64,000 bases of DNA from Eledone cirrhosa (lineage: Eukaryota). Below are positions 40,500-54,186 of the stretch, piece by piece (the first letter of the stretch is position 1; every line of letters begins with the position of its first letter). Under the pieces are notes generated by a model that was not told the origin of the DNA, ran no database searches, and saw only the letters and a program-made list of their open reading frames with translations. Both the position numbers and the translations under genes were made by a program. The stretch lies in assembly GCA_964016885.1 (NCBI GenBank), contig OZ024742.1, positions 149,792,001 to 149,856,000 on the forward strand. Reading direction: 5' to 3'.

Positions 40500-41356
40500 A
40501 CGCGAACTGGCTGCGATCAATTATTTGTCGGAGATTTCCCAGTTAGAAAATTTACTCTTAAAGCTTACTGGATTTGATTATGTATATGGTTAATTATGCT
40601 GATTAGAGGAAGAAATAGTATATATTTTAATATCTGATTGATTCTATAGACACGTTTTATGATATAATGCTCTGAGTTTTTGATTTTAACTTATTAATTC
40701 TTCATTAAGCTTAAAAGTGAACAGTTGCAACACATATATGTATCATTGATTTAATTTAATTTAATTTTATGTATGTGATAACCTCTATATTTAATAATCT
40801 CCCTATCGGTTGAGATTAAATTTGGCGATATATGGCTGCGCTCTCTAGCAGCATGCCTACCCGCCGTAAGCGACCAATCACACGCTTTCTCTCTGGCTGG
40901 TACACAGCTACATAGCGATCTTAGCCATTTTTGAATCTAAATTTGGCGGGGTCTGTCCGAGAAATTAAATGTCTATTTCTGAGTTTGTCTCCTGATGATA
41001 ATCCTGACTCAGGACAGTCCATATTATTTGGATGTCCTAAACAAGGAAGAAACCATGGTTGAGATATAATTACGGTATGTGCGCATTTCTTCTAAGTTTA
41101 ATTTTACTACTAATTATGTGCGGTTGACGATATGTTTGATCGGATTCTGCATGCTGCCGAAATGTTTGATAAATAATGGAACGGAGTTAACGCGAACTGG
41201 CTGCGATCAATTATTTGTCGGAGATTTCCCAGTTAGAAAATTTACTCTTAAAGCTTGCTGGATTTGATTATGTATATGGTTAATTATGCTGATTAGAGGA
41301 AGAAATAGTATATATTTTAATATCTGATTGATTCTATAGACACGTTTTATGATATA
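40500..41356 (+). mobile_element. Non-coding, terminally redundant element (690-bp unit + 167-bp repeat), retrozyme/Penelope-pLTR-like
   Basis: 40500-40666 equals 41190-41356 with one visible mismatch; both ends abut (TA)n; contains a hammerhead motif. Confidence 0.7.
40986..41066 (+). ncRNA. Type I hammerhead ribozyme with extended stem II and palindromic short stem III
   Basis: UGUCUC-CUGAUGA-(50-nt foldable insert)-GAAA-C-CAUG-G-UU-GAGAUA: all core nucleotides present, stem I UGUCUC/GAGAUA, NUH triplet GUU, predicted cleavage after 41060. Confidence 0.7.
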
Positions 41357-41451
41357 TATATATACATATACATATATACATATACATGTACATATACATA
41401 TATATATATACACATATATATATATATACATATATACATATATATATATAC

Positions 41452-41482
<31 letters not shown>

Positions 41483-41643
41483 CATATATACATATATATA
41501 TATACATATATATACACATACATATATACATATATACATATATATATATATACATATATACATATATATATATACATATATATATATACATATATATACA
41601 CATACATATATACATATATATATATACATATATATACACATAC

Positions 41644-41674
<31 letters not shown>

Positions 41675-41697
41675 TATATATATATACACATATATAT

Positions 41698-41738
<41 letters not shown>

Positions 41739-41987
41739 TATATATATACACATATATATACACACACACATATATATATATACACACACATATATATATA
41801 TATACACACACATATACACACACACACATATATATATATACACACATTTATACACACATATATATATATATATACGCACACATTTATACACACATATATA
41901 TATATACACACACATATATATATTTATACACACATATATATATACATATACATATACATATATATATACACACACACACATATATAT

Positions 41988-42028
<41 letters not shown>

Positions 42029-42059
42029 TATATATATATACACACACATATATATATAT

Positions 42060-42106
<47 letters not shown>

Positions 42107-42169
42107 TATATATATATACATATATACACACACACACATATATATATATACACACATATATATATATAT

Positions 42170-42212
<43 letters not shown>

Positions 42213-42314
42213 TATATATATATATACACACACACACATATATATATATATATACACACACATATATATATATACACATATATGTTATCTATACACATAT
42301 ATATATATATATAT
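41357..42314. repeat. Compound (TA)n/(CA)n microsatellite
   Basis: Direct reading. Confidence 0.95.
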
Positions 42315-42708
42315 GGAGGTACATGGCTTAGTGGTTAGAACATTGGCCTTGCAATCGAAAGGTTGTGAGTTCAATTCTCCAACCGGGCGATGTGTTGTTT
42401 CCTTGAGCAAGACACTTTATTTCACATTGCTCCAGTTTACTCAGCTGTAGAAATGAGATGCTAGGGACTGGGATCCGTATCATTCCACTGTGAAGTGGTC
42501 GTGGAGGTGCCATGGCAAAAAAGCACCCAGCCCACACTGTAAAGTGGACGTGTAGGCGCCACTGAAAAAAAGCACCCAGCACTCACTGTAAATGAGGTTG
42601 GTGTTAGGAAGGGCATTCAGCTGTAGAAATCAAGCTAGAATCAGTTCCCGTCCCACCCTTGCAAGCAGGGAAAAGCGGGCGTAAAATTAAATGATGATGA
42701 AATGATGA
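42315..42708 (+). mobile_element. tRNA-CORE SINE with RTE-derived 3' region (longer form)
   Basis: As 8613-8950 but retains both aaaaagcacccagc..cactgtaaa modules present in the LINE 3' UTR. Confidence 0.9.
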
Positions 42709-43055
42709 TATATATAATAATAATAATTAAAATTATTGTGTATAGTGCTCAGGTGTTCTACAACTCATTAAAGGTGTATGTTCGGTACATAGAATAATGT
42801 ACAAATGTCAGGAAAGTGAACAGTGTACGAGTCATGATATACACACAACACGTGCATGTGTGTGTACAGAGGGGCAATATCAGGTGTTGTGTTGGCGAAT
42901 TTTGGGAAGCATGGAAGTTGTGAAGGATGCTCTGTCCTGATAGCTAACAACTGATGCAGTTAGTAAATATATATATTAGCATGATAAAGTGTTTCCGAAA
43001 GTCATGGGAGCTATGCTTTTTTTCTTATTTGGTAAGCATGTCCACAGGTGTTAGG

Positions 43056-43378
43056 CATCATCATTTTATCATCATCATTTCACGTCCGTTTTTCCCTGCT
43101 TGCAAGGGTGGGACGGGAACTGATTCTGGCTTGATTTCTGCAGATGGATGCCCTTCCTGACACCAACATCATTTACAGTGAGTGCTGGGTGCTTTTTTTT
43201 TTCCGTGGCGCCTACACGTCCACTTTACAGTGTGGGCTGGGTGCTTTTTTGCAGTGGCACCTCCATGACCACTTTGCAGTGGAATGTTAGGGACCCAAGT
43301 TCTATCATCTCATTTCTACAGCTGAGTAAACTGGAGCAATGTGAAATAAAGTGTCTTGCTGAAGGACATAACACAACA
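43056..43378 (-). mobile_element. 5'-truncated tRNA-CORE SINE
   Basis: Reverse complement of ~42390-42708; tRNA head missing. Confidence 0.85.
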
Positions 43379-43419
43379 TGGAATTCAAAACGGTTCTCAG
43401 CGTTGTTTTTGGAAAGATG

Positions 43420-43690
43420 GTTAATAATTGTGTTGGAGTTTTAATGTACCCATGCCTAAGGCAGCAAGGCATTCAGAGTATGTTAGATGCCTGATAGAGA
43501 GTATTCGCTTGGCTGCACATCCCTGAACAGTTTCCAGGAGATCAATATTCCGAGCAGGATTGGAATTGCAGACTGGTGATACAAATTCTAAGTGTGGATG
43601 CTCCACAGCTATATACAGCTTTAAATAGATAGCTGGGTCCCATGTTATCTGCCCACAACAAAAATAAAAGTCACATCTCATAACAACATT
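43420..43690 (-). mobile_element. CR1/L2-group LINE fragment
   Basis: LYIAVEHPHLEFVSPVCN..IDLLETVQGCAAKRI..IRHLTYSECLAALGM resembles the CR1-type post-RT motif VRPHLEY..VW.P. Confidence 0.6.
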
Positions 43691-43877
43691 ACAACAATTA
43701 TTTCACCTCAGTTGGTCCTGCTCTTTTTAACATTACACCCAAACACACAAAAACAAAAACAGATTCCATAAAATTCAAAAAGTCTTTCAAAAAATTCCTC
43801 CAAGAAATTTCGGATAAACTCCCTACACCTGGATATGTCTCCAAAAACAATAACTCTCTACTAAGTTAGACATTGCT

Positions 43878-44835
43878 TGGGTCATAATCTGGTGGGCTCT
43901 CAGAAAACTAGGAGTAGATGAGTGGCTTGTGAAGGCTGTACAAACCATGTATAGAGGAGCAGTCAGCAAACCTAGGATCACCAATGACTATAGTGAAGAA
44001 TTTAGCATGCATATAGGTGTCCACCAATGCTCTATTCTTAGCCCTCTCCTGTTTATTACCATACTACAGGCTATAACAGAGGAGTTTAGGACTGGCTGCC
44101 CATGGGAACTTCTGTATGCAGATTATCTAACACTTATAGCTGAATCTATGGCAGAATTAGAGAAGAAATTCCAAATCTGGAAGCTTGGCCTAGACTCAAA
44201 AGGTCTTAAATTAGACCAGACAAAGACTAAGGTCCTAGTAAGTAGATTGGAAAACAGGTTCCTGAACCCCTCAAGGAAATGGCCTTGATCAGTGTGTAGG
44301 AAAGGCATAGGTAGAAATTTCATCCTCTGTCCCAAATGCAAACTATGGTTACACTAGAGATAGATTAGCTAAGAATGTAGGTTTTACATGAGGTCATTGC
44401 ACAGGAACAGTAATCAGCAAATAGCCACAGGAAACAAGCACTATCAAATTCTGAAAGGGTTCTATAGAAGCAGTGGACAGCTTCTGCTACCTGGGTGAAC
44501 ACACCAGCAGTGAACATGTCAGTGTTCAGAAAATACAGTAGCCAGGGTGAGAACAGGATGGAAAAAGTTCAGGGAGCCACTACTGCCGCTAGCTACTAAA
44601 GGTTCTTCCCCTCAAAATCAAGGGCTAATTGTATGGTGCATGTATATGAACAGCAATGTTGCATGGTAGCAAGTTGTATGCAGAGAACCTGTGAAGATTG
44701 GAAAGAAATGAAGCTTGAATGCTTCAATGGATCTGTAATAGTAAAATACATGGATAACAAAGCACAAATGAACTGAGAGAGAAACTGGGCATAAGAGAGA
44801 TCAGATGCAGTGTGCAGGAGAGGAGACTGCACTGC
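43878..44835 (+). mobile_element. Degenerate internal fragment of a family-A-like RTE LINE
   Basis: Homologous to ~20870-21835 ([22 protein letters not shown] remnant) with stops and frameshifts. Confidence 0.85.
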
Positions 44836-45240
44836 CACTGAAAACAATTCATGCACTTGCAGACAGACCATTTCTGTAATTAGTGTTGGAGAGGAAATTA
44901 TCTTCAAACAGGAGTTCTGCCCCAAATAGTTGCACCAGAGTGAACTCCACTAAGCTCCAAAGGTGCCAGGTGGTAGTATTAAATAGGTGATAGATTGGGT
45001 GTAGCACACATGAACCCCAAAACACAAAGAGTCAGAACAAATACTGAAAGGTGTCTAGTTTGATGCTCTAACAATTGTGCTACCCCACTGCCCTAGACTG
45101 GTACTTTATTTTACTGGTCCCAAAGGATGAAAGTCAAAGTTGATGACAACAGGGTTTGAACTGAAAATACAGATAGCTGGAACAAACAAACATTTTTCCC
45201 TATGTTGTAATGACTTAATTAACCTTTATAAACAATATCT

Positions 45241-45482
45241 TAACCCTTCTATTACCATATTTCTATTGAAAGATACTGACTATAATTTTCAAAACAATTT
45301 GAAAATTATAAAGAATTGGAAAGGATTCTGTAATATAGTTAACTTTCATATTACTGGTACATAAAGGTTCTCTCATAAATTATAATGGAAGGTTTTTAGA
45401 TAAATATAAAATATTTGAAAACAAACAGCATTGTATCATAGAACTAGAGATAGTTTAATGCAGTTTGGTATCAAAAAGCTTA
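45241..45482. mobile_element. Old TTAA-type MITE family (related copies ~1505-1737, ~57640-57870)
   Basis: ttaacccttctattacc start and shared gtatcatagaacta/aaacc..tagttt..ggtatcaaaa motif among copies. Confidence 0.4.
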
Positions 45483-46680
45483 TTAAAAAAAAAAAAAAAA
45501 AAAAAAAAAGAGAGAGGATGCCATGGCCTTCCAGCTATATCTTTGATCTTAGGTTTTCTCCATGAAGCCAACCAACAGTGACAGCAGATATGATAAGCAG
45601 CCACTGCATATTGGGGTTAATGCCAAAGTGAAATAGTGTTAAGTGGCTCACTACAAAAGACATCATAATTGGGCAGATGAAATGTCAGCCTGGTCTCTCA
45701 CTCTCTCTCTCTTATATATATATGAAACCATTGTTAAGTTATCAAAACTAATAATAACAGCAGCAACAATAACCTTTGTTAATGAAGAAGACCTTTTACG
45801 GCCCAATGTAACAGGACAATGAATAAATCAATTGATAAATAAATCAAAGGGCATAAGAGAAATGAGTCACACTTATATCCTGATGAATTATATATATATA
45901 TATATTTATGTATGTAAGTGTGTGTGTTTGTGTGTATGTGTACTGATGTATATCCTGATTTGTTACATATGTGCATATATATATACTTTTACCTTGAAGA
46001 ATTATGTGTTTGTTTGTGTGTGTGCATATATATATATATATATATACCTATATCATAATGCATTATATAGATATGTGTTTGTATACTAATATCATGATAT
46101 ATTATATGTGTATGTACCTATACTTTGATGTGTTAATGTGTCTATATATTCACATATATACAGAGACTACTTACACCTGTATTTTCACATATACATGAGT
46201 AAAAGCAAATAGATACTCAACATGTTGTATAGGTACATGTACATACTTAGAGATTTATTTTTATCATTTAGTTAGGAGGGAAGACAGTACCCATGAGACT
46301 TGTCAGGGTTTATGAGACTAGTGGGAAGAAGGTACTAGACTCTGCTAAAGGCACCTAAAAGCCAGGTGAGGGTATTGAACTGTTACCCTTGTAGATTAAG
46401 TCTAACAGCCAAGTAAGCAGAACTGGAACAAATGCCCAAGACATCCTGTCTGATGCTCTAATAATTCTGCTGGCCCACTGCCTCTGACTGGTACTTTATT
46501 TATTGAACCTGGAATAATGAAAGACAAAGTTGGCCTCTCTGTGGGATTTGAACACAGAACATAGGGTGCCAGAATAAATACTATATTTACAATTAGGAAG
46601 CTAATTAGCAACACGTACCTGCACTACCTCAGTTAAATAGAAACTATTTAAAACTATATACACGTTACACATATAAGATA

Positions 46681-47616
46681 CTAGCAGTGGTACCCGGCGT
46701 TGCATGGGATAAGGTATTTTGGAAGGCGGGCCACCAACAGACGTAATCGTGGAAAAACTGCATGCCTGGACAATATGTAAAGAAAATAAACCGAATACTC
46801 TGATGGCTGGATAATCTTTAAGATTAACCTTGATGAAGCAGGAAAAATGCAGGTTTTCACCTAATGCGGGCCCTAGGGGATCAAGAAAATGAATTTTTTT
46901 AATGTGCATAATATGCCTTGAAATTTCGGGAAAATCGGCTAGACGTAACGCCTCCAAAAAGCCCTAAAAAGCTGGAAAAAATGAAGTTTTTCACCTAATG
47001 CAGGCCCTAGGCCATATAAAAGTTGGATTTTCTTTGCTCACGGTATGAAGAAGAGACTGACTAATATACAGTTACAATTTCAAGGAAATCGGTCTGATGT
47101 AACGCCTCAAAAAAACCTCTAAAAAGCTTAAAAAACGCAGTTTTTCACCTAATGCGGGCCCTAGGAGATCAAAAAGTTGAATTTGTTATGTGCATAACAC
47201 TCATTGAAACATAAGTAATACACATGTAAAGTTTGAAAAAGGTCGGTTGGGTACTTCTCGAGTTTTAGGGATTCAAACTCACAGACACACACACAGAGAC
47301 AGACATCCTCAGGGAAGTGACGTAATGCAGACAGTCAGACATACAGATAGATATTATAAGGGCACGACGTTATATGTATGTATCTATCTAAAAAGAGAAA
47401 GACTAAGAATTATAGAGAGAGATCGCTAAATCGCCTAATGTGGTCCCTAGGGCATTGAAAATTTAAAATTTTATTTGCTCAGAACACTCCCTGAAACATA
47501 GGTATTACATGTGTAAAGTTTGAAAACAGTCGGTTTGGTGGTTCTCGAGTTTTAGGGATTCAAACTCACACACACACACACACAGACAGACATCCTCAGT
47601 TTTATATATATATAGA
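46681..47616 (-). mobile_element. Non-autonomous Helitron
   Basis: Minus strand starts A|TCtatatatatataaaactgaggatgtctgtctgtg and ends with imperfect hairpin cccatgcaacgccggg, a short spacer and CTAG|T; internal subrepeats (cctaatgcgggccctagg at ~46860, 46994, 47148, 47434). Confidence 0.75.
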
Positions 47617-48094
47617 TAATGATGAAGGTTATTGCTTAACTCCAAATTAGAACTGTACATCAAATCTACAATTAAAAATATTCCAGCCAGAAACATTTAA
47701 TCTTTTTAGAGTTCAGTAGGACTGTATTGTCCAGTGTGTCCTTGCTTTACTTCTGATGTTAGCATGGTTTTTGAGGGAAATCTGTAGAGAGCAAAGTAAC
47801 TAAGTTGAGGCTCTCTCTTTGGTCAATATGAAACGAGTATCTTGTGAAACGATCTTCCATAAATGAATAAATCAAGATGATTCTGGGAACAGAACAACTT
47901 GAATGTACATGAAGTTGATCAATAGATGTATTATATATCATGTATTATATAGACAGGGGGAGAGTCAGAATAGTATCATACTCTGATTGCACACCATTTT
48001 GAATAAATCTGTTAAATCATTAATCTATTCCAATCCATTTTTAATCACCTTTCACACAATGTATATAAGAGTTGTTGATGGACCTCTGTTATTT

Positions 48095-48400
48095 CCAATG
48101 AGTGCTCCAGTTGATTCAATCAACAAAACAGCCTGTTCATAAAATTAACATGTAAATGGTTGAATATTCCCCAATACACATGCACCCTTAACGAAGTTCT
48201 CAGGGATATTGAATGTGACACAATGGGTGACAAAGCTGATCCCTTGAATTACTGGTACAACTCATGGTTGCTAGCTGAGTAGACTGAAGAAATGTGAAAT
48301 AAAGTATTTTGCTCAAGGACACGAGGTGACACCCAGTCTTGGAATCAAACTCATCACCTTACTCTTATGAGCTGAAAACCTTAACTACTAATCTATGCCA
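48095..48400 (-). mobile_element. Older tRNA-CORE SINE (related copies ~51840-52105, partial ~2620-2820 and ~4060-4230)
   Basis: gctgagtagactgaagaaatgtgaaataaagtattttgctcaaggacac is a reverse CORE-like domain followed by a tRNA-like head. Confidence 0.65.
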
Positions 48401-49158
48401 GTCTACACCTATGTGTTCTCTTTTCACCTCATCTGTTTGATTTGCTGCAAGTCATACAAGAAGAAAGATGTGAATTGGTAAAGTGTGGGACACTTCCTTT
48501 CAGTCCTGGCTAGTTATATGGGTAGAATTGTTAGAGTGACGTACAAGATCCTATGCAGTATCTGTTCCAGATGTTGGTATTCTGAGTTCTTGATTGGTAA
48601 ATTTTATCCCTTGCCTGATTTAACATTGCCTCCAGGTCATTAGGTGCAATTAGCAGATTTTAATGTTAAAAGCATTCAGGCTAGGTCTTGAAAAAAATCA
48701 TAAAACCTTAAAGAACCATGGGGGCACTACCTATTCTTCTACCTTTTTAATCCTCATTGAACAGACAAGATTTCTCTTTTGTCAAATGGATTATGATGAT
48801 GATGGGGAGGGGGGGAGATGATTAAATATCATTGACTTCTTTTAATTAAAGTATGAGGTTGAATTATGTACACAAGAGAGTAGTTTAACAGAACAGAACC
48901 TAGTATATGCATCAATCGTTTATAAGTTGCCTAACCCTCTTTTGGCAAAAAGTAGAAAGTTGGATCACAATTCATTTCAAGGGTAAGAAATTAGAAAAAA
49001 AAATTGGATGAATATTTTTTTTCTTATGTTTGGTACTTTATTTTCATCTCCATCTAAAAATGATGAAATTATCAAATAAAGACAACAATGGAAAGTATAC
49101 AAATATTGAGGAGAAAGATAGAGAAATTGCATAAGACTGTGAAAAGGAGGGAAGAGGA

Positions 49159-49204
<46 letters not shown>

Positions 49205-49452
49205 CAGAAATATTGACCAAAGTAATAAAGTGAATGATTGCTTTGTTACTGAGAGACATGAACATACTTGTTAGAATATTGAAAGATGATGTTGTCAGGG
49301 TTACTGGAGTAGGAGGTTATCAAATATCATGTATTATATAGACAGGGGGAGTGGTGAAGGACAATAGTAGTGTTGAGAACGATGGTAGTGAAGGTGGTGG
49401 TAGAAGTGATAGGGATACTGTTTGTGATGATGGATTGCTGAAAGAAGTAGTA

Positions 49453-49487
<35 letters not shown>

Positions 49488-50310
49488 CATAATGATGGTT
49501 GTAGTGATGACAGTGGTCATAATGATGATGATGGTAGTGTTGATGACTGATGTGAAGACAGAAAGTGATTCTTCTAACATGTAGTAACATGATCAAAGTG
49601 AAAACTCATACAAAGTTACCTTGCTTTGTAGCCATTGAAATTGTATAGAGTTGATGTTATTGGAGTTTGTTGTTTACCTCATGCAATTTTATATATAGTG
49701 CTTATAATGTTTATGCAACAGATAACTTTGATAGGTTTCGCTCAGTATTGGCCCAGGCCATGTCTAACTTAATAGCACTACCTTAATAGCACCACATATA
49801 TGTAGTGCATAATACACAAAGACGCACGCACACACACACAATCACCACTATCACTGATTAACATCTATTTTTCCATGCTTGCATGGGTTAGAGGGGTTAT
49901 GAGGCAAATCTGACCAGTTGGCCATGCCATACCTTGCTCAAACAGAACTGTATTTTGGCTGTTTTTTTTTTTTTTTACAGCTGAAGGCTAGTCTTTCTTA
50001 AAAGGTCAAGAAGCTTCTTTAGTTTGGTTAAAAACATGACAACCACTGTAGGGTTAGTGGTCTACATGGAAAATGCACCAAGTACATTATATGATAGGTG
50101 ATAGGAAGGGCATCCAGCCATAGAAAACCTGCCAAACAAAGGGTTTCAGGTGTTCTTCAGATGACATGACAACCTCGCTGGTGCCACGATAAAATGCTCT
50201 CAGTAGATGTAGAAATATGAGAGATGTAGGGCCCTCTGTGCATCTGAGATACGAGTAGATTCATTGGAGAACTGATTCAGTCTGTGACCACTTGTCCAAT
50301 CCTTGCTAGC

Positions 50311-50421
<111 letters not shown>

Positions 50422-50584
50422 AACATCCATAGAAAAGTTCATGTACCTGAACACTTTTACAGTGTTTCCAGCATAACTCTCTCTCTCACACACTCATGCA
50501 TGCATGCTCACATATTCAGACATACTCAGACAATATCAAAAGGATAATGTTGATGAGTATGATGATTACAATAGTAATGATCAT

Positions 50585-50612
50585 GACAACAACAACAACA
50601 ACAACAACAACA

Positions 50613-50652
<40 letters not shown>

Positions 50653-50720
50653 TGATGACGATGATGACGATGATGATGATGATGGCAATGATGACTATCG
50701 TGCTGGTGCTGGTGCTGGTG
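50585..50720. repeat. Compound trinucleotide repeat (AAC)n(GAC)n(GAT)n then (GGTGCT)n
   Basis: Direct reading. Confidence 0.9.
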
Positions 50721-52975
50721 ACATTTAGCTATTAAACTTACTCAATAATGTTTCACAATAGTTTCAGCTTTCAGAAAACAAAAAAAAAACAAAAAAAAGT
50801 CAGATAAATAATCTGAATGTTATTGTTATACATGGAATATAGACTATTTAGATATAAATATATATAATATGGGTTTGGTCTAGATCTACTGAAAACACAT
50901 CTGTTGATAACATATTGACAAAGATATATTCATAGAAAAACGTGTGTATAGAAACAACCTGAGGGGGAAGATGATGAAATGCGTTAATTGAAGAAAAGAC
51001 AAAATATTTGACATATTTTAAATATTTTTCAAAAAAATAGGTGAAAAAATTATGCATAAATTTATTGATATTTACAGCAACTGTCCTAATAATTTAAAGT
51101 CCTAAAATTTAGAAATTGTTATTATCTTCATTATCTCATCATTTTTATGTTGACTTATGCATGTTGGCATGGGTTGAACAGGACATTCTAAGGCAATGTT
51201 TTACAACTCGATGTCCTTCATGACACTAACTCATTTAGACACTTCTTATGATATGCAGGCATACAGTGTACCTATTCTAAACTGGATACATCAATCAAAA
51301 TTAATAAATTATATATACAATATACACATTTTGGTGTTAGCTTGAGGAATTTCTTTTTTTTTTTCATACTCATAAGAAAACTTGCCAAACAAAAGTTTGG
51401 GAGAACCCTTCAGTTGTGGCAAAGGCATAACAACCTCCATAGTAGTGGTGACACAATAAAATGCACTCAGTAGAGCATGGGACCATATGTAAGTGTGGTG
51501 CTGGCCCCCAGCCCATCTGAGAAGTCAGCAGCTTCACTTGAGTACTGACAGTCTGTGAAGACTCGGCCAACTCTTGCCAGCAGAGAAAATGGATGTTAAA
51601 GGATGATGAAGATAAATGTAAACATTTCTCCCTTGGAAATCCTTGTTCAGATTTTTGCTAACTGCACTCTCTATTACAATATAAGCATTTATTTTCATTT
51701 GGCTGTCTGAGACTCTTTTGTCTGTGAATTTGGTGCTAACATTAGCGTCCATTCTTGTTTCTTTCACTTCTTTCAATCAGTCTAAAAAAAAGTTCAGAAA
51801 CTTGGGCTTCTGACTCAGTTGTTGGACCTCCATCAATTCCGACGATAAGAGTGTTAGAATTCATTAAACAACAGAACAACCTGCTCATAAAATTACCATG
51901 TAAGTGGCTGAAAATTCCACAGAAACATACTCTTAAGGCAGTTTTCAGGGAGATTCAGCATACACAGTGTGGAACAAGGCTGGCTCTTTGAATTACAGGT
52001 ACAACTCATTTTTGACAGCTGAGTGAACTAAAGCAAAATGAAATAAAGTGTCTTGCTGAAGGACACAACCATATATTTACCACTTAACCACTAAAACACA
52101 CACCTTCATTTAATTCAGTATGATAGTAATGAAGACATTTCTATATTTTATTGCATAATGAAAGCATTTATATTTACTCCACCAGTTTGATCTCCTATTT
52201 GCTTTCATCACCTGAAGGGAAAATTGCCAAATGAGATGCAGTCACTTTTTAAATACTTTGATGAAGTTTGTGCTCTTGGAAAGAGGATACAACACAGCAA
52301 AGATATGATTATGAGGATATGATTATGTGATCCTCCTCTAAACATTATAACCATCCAAGAGGAAAATTGCACAAATATTCATAGCATAAATTTTTTTCTA
52401 TGGCTTGATGACCTTCCTGATGACAACCTATACTTTATTTTAAGTAAGGTATGTACTTCTGACATTTGTTGGACTGCTACACTGCAGGATGTATTGTTTA
52501 TGAGAGGCATAAACTAACATCATTGCTTGCTTTTGGTATGAAGACCTTCGTGGTGGCTCACACACATAAACAATGAACTTCCTTAGAGTTTCCATCAACC
52601 AAATTTATTCACAAGGCATTGAGAAATCTGAAGCAATAGGAGAAGACTTCTGTATGTGTATAAGTGTATGCATAAACGCACAGGCATATGTGTGCATGTG
52701 GGTTTATATGTATTCATTGTAATTCATATGAGGTAATTACTTGGGTGAATACAGTGTCTATTATTCTTTCTTTCTCTTTTTCTTTTATTCTCCTTTTCAT
52801 ACAGACAAATAAATAATGCTTGTTGGCAGAAAAATTACAATTTTGCAAATGTATTTCTATATATACCATTCTGTGGTGGACCATTAGTGATAATCTGTAA
52901 CAATGAGTTAAACCAACCAATTAGCAACCATAACAACTTTTACATAGTCTGTAAGAGACAAATCCTGTCACTGAA

Positions 52976-53170
52976 TTGAATTTCACTGGCAGTGGAATAA
53001 ATGACTATGTCTTAAGCAATTTAGTATTCGTTGAGGGTGGAAGTAGGATGGAGGCTCAGATATTAATGTGATTGAATTTCACTGGCACTGGAATATATGG
53101 TTGTGCCTTAAGTAATTTAGTATTCTTTGAGTGTGGAAGTATAATGGAGGCTCAGATAACAATGTGATTG
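52976..53170. repeat. Diverged ~95-bp tandem duplication
   Basis: ttgaatttcactggca...tggaggctcagata..aatgtgattg occurs twice. Confidence 0.8.
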
Positions 53171-54186
53171 ATTTGTTATAAGTAGGTTAATCATATAAGA
53201 TGAACTCTCAACTGTTGTATGGCAGTCACAGGAACTGGGTTGTGGACATGGATTTTTTCATTAACGTACAGGAAATCATGAAAAAATTGCAGAAACATTA
53301 GAGCAGGGTTGAAATGAATTCATCATCATTATCACCACCACCATTTAAAGTCTATTTTCCATGCTTGCATACATTAAACAGATTGACATGTTCTGAGGCT
53401 AGACTAATCAGGTGACCACATCTTGCTCTAAATTCAATTTTTAGCTTGCTTTCTAAGGCTGTATGTCCTTCATCATACCAACCATTTTATAGCATGTACT
53501 GGGAACATTTTATTGTGACTCCAACAATGACTTAAAACAGGGAAAGCAGACATTAAAATGACAATGATGATGATGACAATGATGATGATGGCACAGCTTG
53601 AATACCTCTAATCATAGGTTTGCTCAATCAGAGCTGATCTGAGAGTAATAAAATATGTAGTCCTTGGAGCAAAAGAAAGCCTGTGAACAAGAGCATACTA
53701 ACATTCTTACTGACCAATTAAAAAGCTATTACCAAATGTTGTTGTTGTTGTTGTTGTTCAGCCTTGATCAAACAGGCCTATGGTCAAATGCCTTCCAGCC
53801 ATCACCACACCATCTTTTCAGAAATGGTTTATCTATGAATATATTATCAAATGCATAATAATACAGCATTTCTTGAATATCTTTAAAACCTAATTGTGCC
53901 CATCGCCTCTCTATGATTAAATATAACCAATTTTTTCCAGAGAAGGACAGAGAAAATGGTAGAGAGGAAGTAAGGAGAGGAATATAAAGGAAGAATCAAC
54001 CCTAGTACTGGACTGGTACTTTTTTTTTATTAACCTTGAAAGGATGAAAGATAAAGTCTTGAACTTAAAGAGTACAGAGAGACAATAAATGCTGCAAACA
54101 TTCTATCTGACATTCTAACAAGGCTGCCTATACATTGCTTTTTAGATAAATTTGATAGAAGTCTCAGTGATAGGCACATTTTTCAA

